Assembly (NCBI GenBank): GCA_964583445.1
Contig: CAZOXI010000002.1
Coordinates: forward strand, 1-37,226
From: an uncultured Bacteroidaceae bacterium
Lineage (GTDB): Bacteria; Bacteroidota; Bacteroidia; Bacteroidales; GCA-2748055
DNA: 37,226 nt
Direction of reading: 5' to 3'
Position numbers and translations under genes: made by a program
Part shown: one piece after another, positions 36,875 through 37,226 of the stretch
Position numbering within the stretch: position 1 is the stretch's first letter
Layout: every line of letters starts with the position of its first letter
Notes under the pieces: generated by a model
Databases searched by the model: none
Seen by the model: only the letters and a program-made list of their open reading frames with translations
What the model was told of the DNA's origin: nothing

Positions 36875-37042
36875 TCAATTATGGTATGTGTAAATGACTG
36901 CTTCAAAAACGAAAATATCGCTATTCTCAGATTGCTCGTCTCTTACATAGGAACCAAATAATCCTATACTCCTGATCCCAAATTGGGAGATCTCTGGTTT
37001 TTTGGATTTTATGGTACTCAGTATATGTTCCTTACTTGTCAT
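36875..37042 (-). CDS. Truncated MNT-type nucleotidyltransferase (antitoxin-like) fragment
   Basis: The ATG at 37042 gives MTSKEHILSTIKSKKPEISQFGIRSIGLFGSYVRDEQSENSDIFVFEAVIYTYHN. The GLFGSYxRxE...SD(I) motif is the minimal nucleotidyltransferase G-S...D.D signature. The protein stops about 45 aa short of typical family length, right after the catalytic region. Confidence 0.5.
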   Translation of the reverse strand: MTSKEHILSTIKSKKPEISQFGIRSIGLFGSYVRDEQSENSDIFVFEAVIYTYHN

Positions 37043-37226
37043 AAATATAGTTTCATGTACATCTTTGAACATTTTAAAAAACACACCTCTTTTACCGGTA
37101 TTATTAGAGTATCATAACAAATATTGTAATCTTTTAGTCAATTAACGACAACGGTTCTTTCTAAACCCTACTTAGAGTCTGTCAATAGAGTATAAAATGT
37201 TGATAATTAAAGGTATATTGTCTTTT

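Noticed and set aside
1-37226. A search by eye for CRISPR arrays, tRNA/rRNA genes, riboswitch-like leaders and large direct or inverted repeats
   Set aside because: I saw no regularly spaced repeats, no cloverleaf-compatible GC-rich 70-90-nt segments in the intergenic regions and no rRNA-like stretches. This was visual inspection only, so small ncRNAs cannot be excluded without covariance-model scans.

Overview
This 37.2-kb segment is almost certainly from a Bacteroidota chromosome. The evidence is SusC/SusD pairs, a T9SS C-terminal sorting domain, a hybrid two-component regulator, lipoprotein signal peptides, and A-rich leaders without Shine-Dalgarno sites. Its core (993..31628) is a polysaccharide-utilization-like locus with an unusual build. 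One operon of seven genes reads FAS1-SusC-SusD-FAS1-FAS1-SusC-SusD, giving three fasciclin-domain lipoproteins, two TonB-dependent transporters and no enzyme. A 1331-aa T9SS-secreted protein with two lamin-tail (LTD) modules is transcribed divergently from this operon. Downstream lie a convergent two-gene operon (MFS sugar porter plus a secreted beta-helix/CBM protein), an HTCS regulator with an AraC-type output, and a GH3 enzyme with substitutions at two residues that I recall as conserved in the -1 subsite. The right third (31.6..37.2 kb) is a decaying sulfatase island. It holds two intact Cys-type sulfatases, one sulfatase pseudogene (in-frame TGA, degenerate active site, truncated), an ACR3 arsenite-carrier pseudogene (frameshift plus large internal deletion) and a truncated MNT-type nucleotidyltransferase. 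The left edge carries the 5' part of an IS110-family element. I saw no rRNA, tRNA or CRISPR array. All domain calls come from reading motifs in the supplied translations and my own translations. No database search was run.
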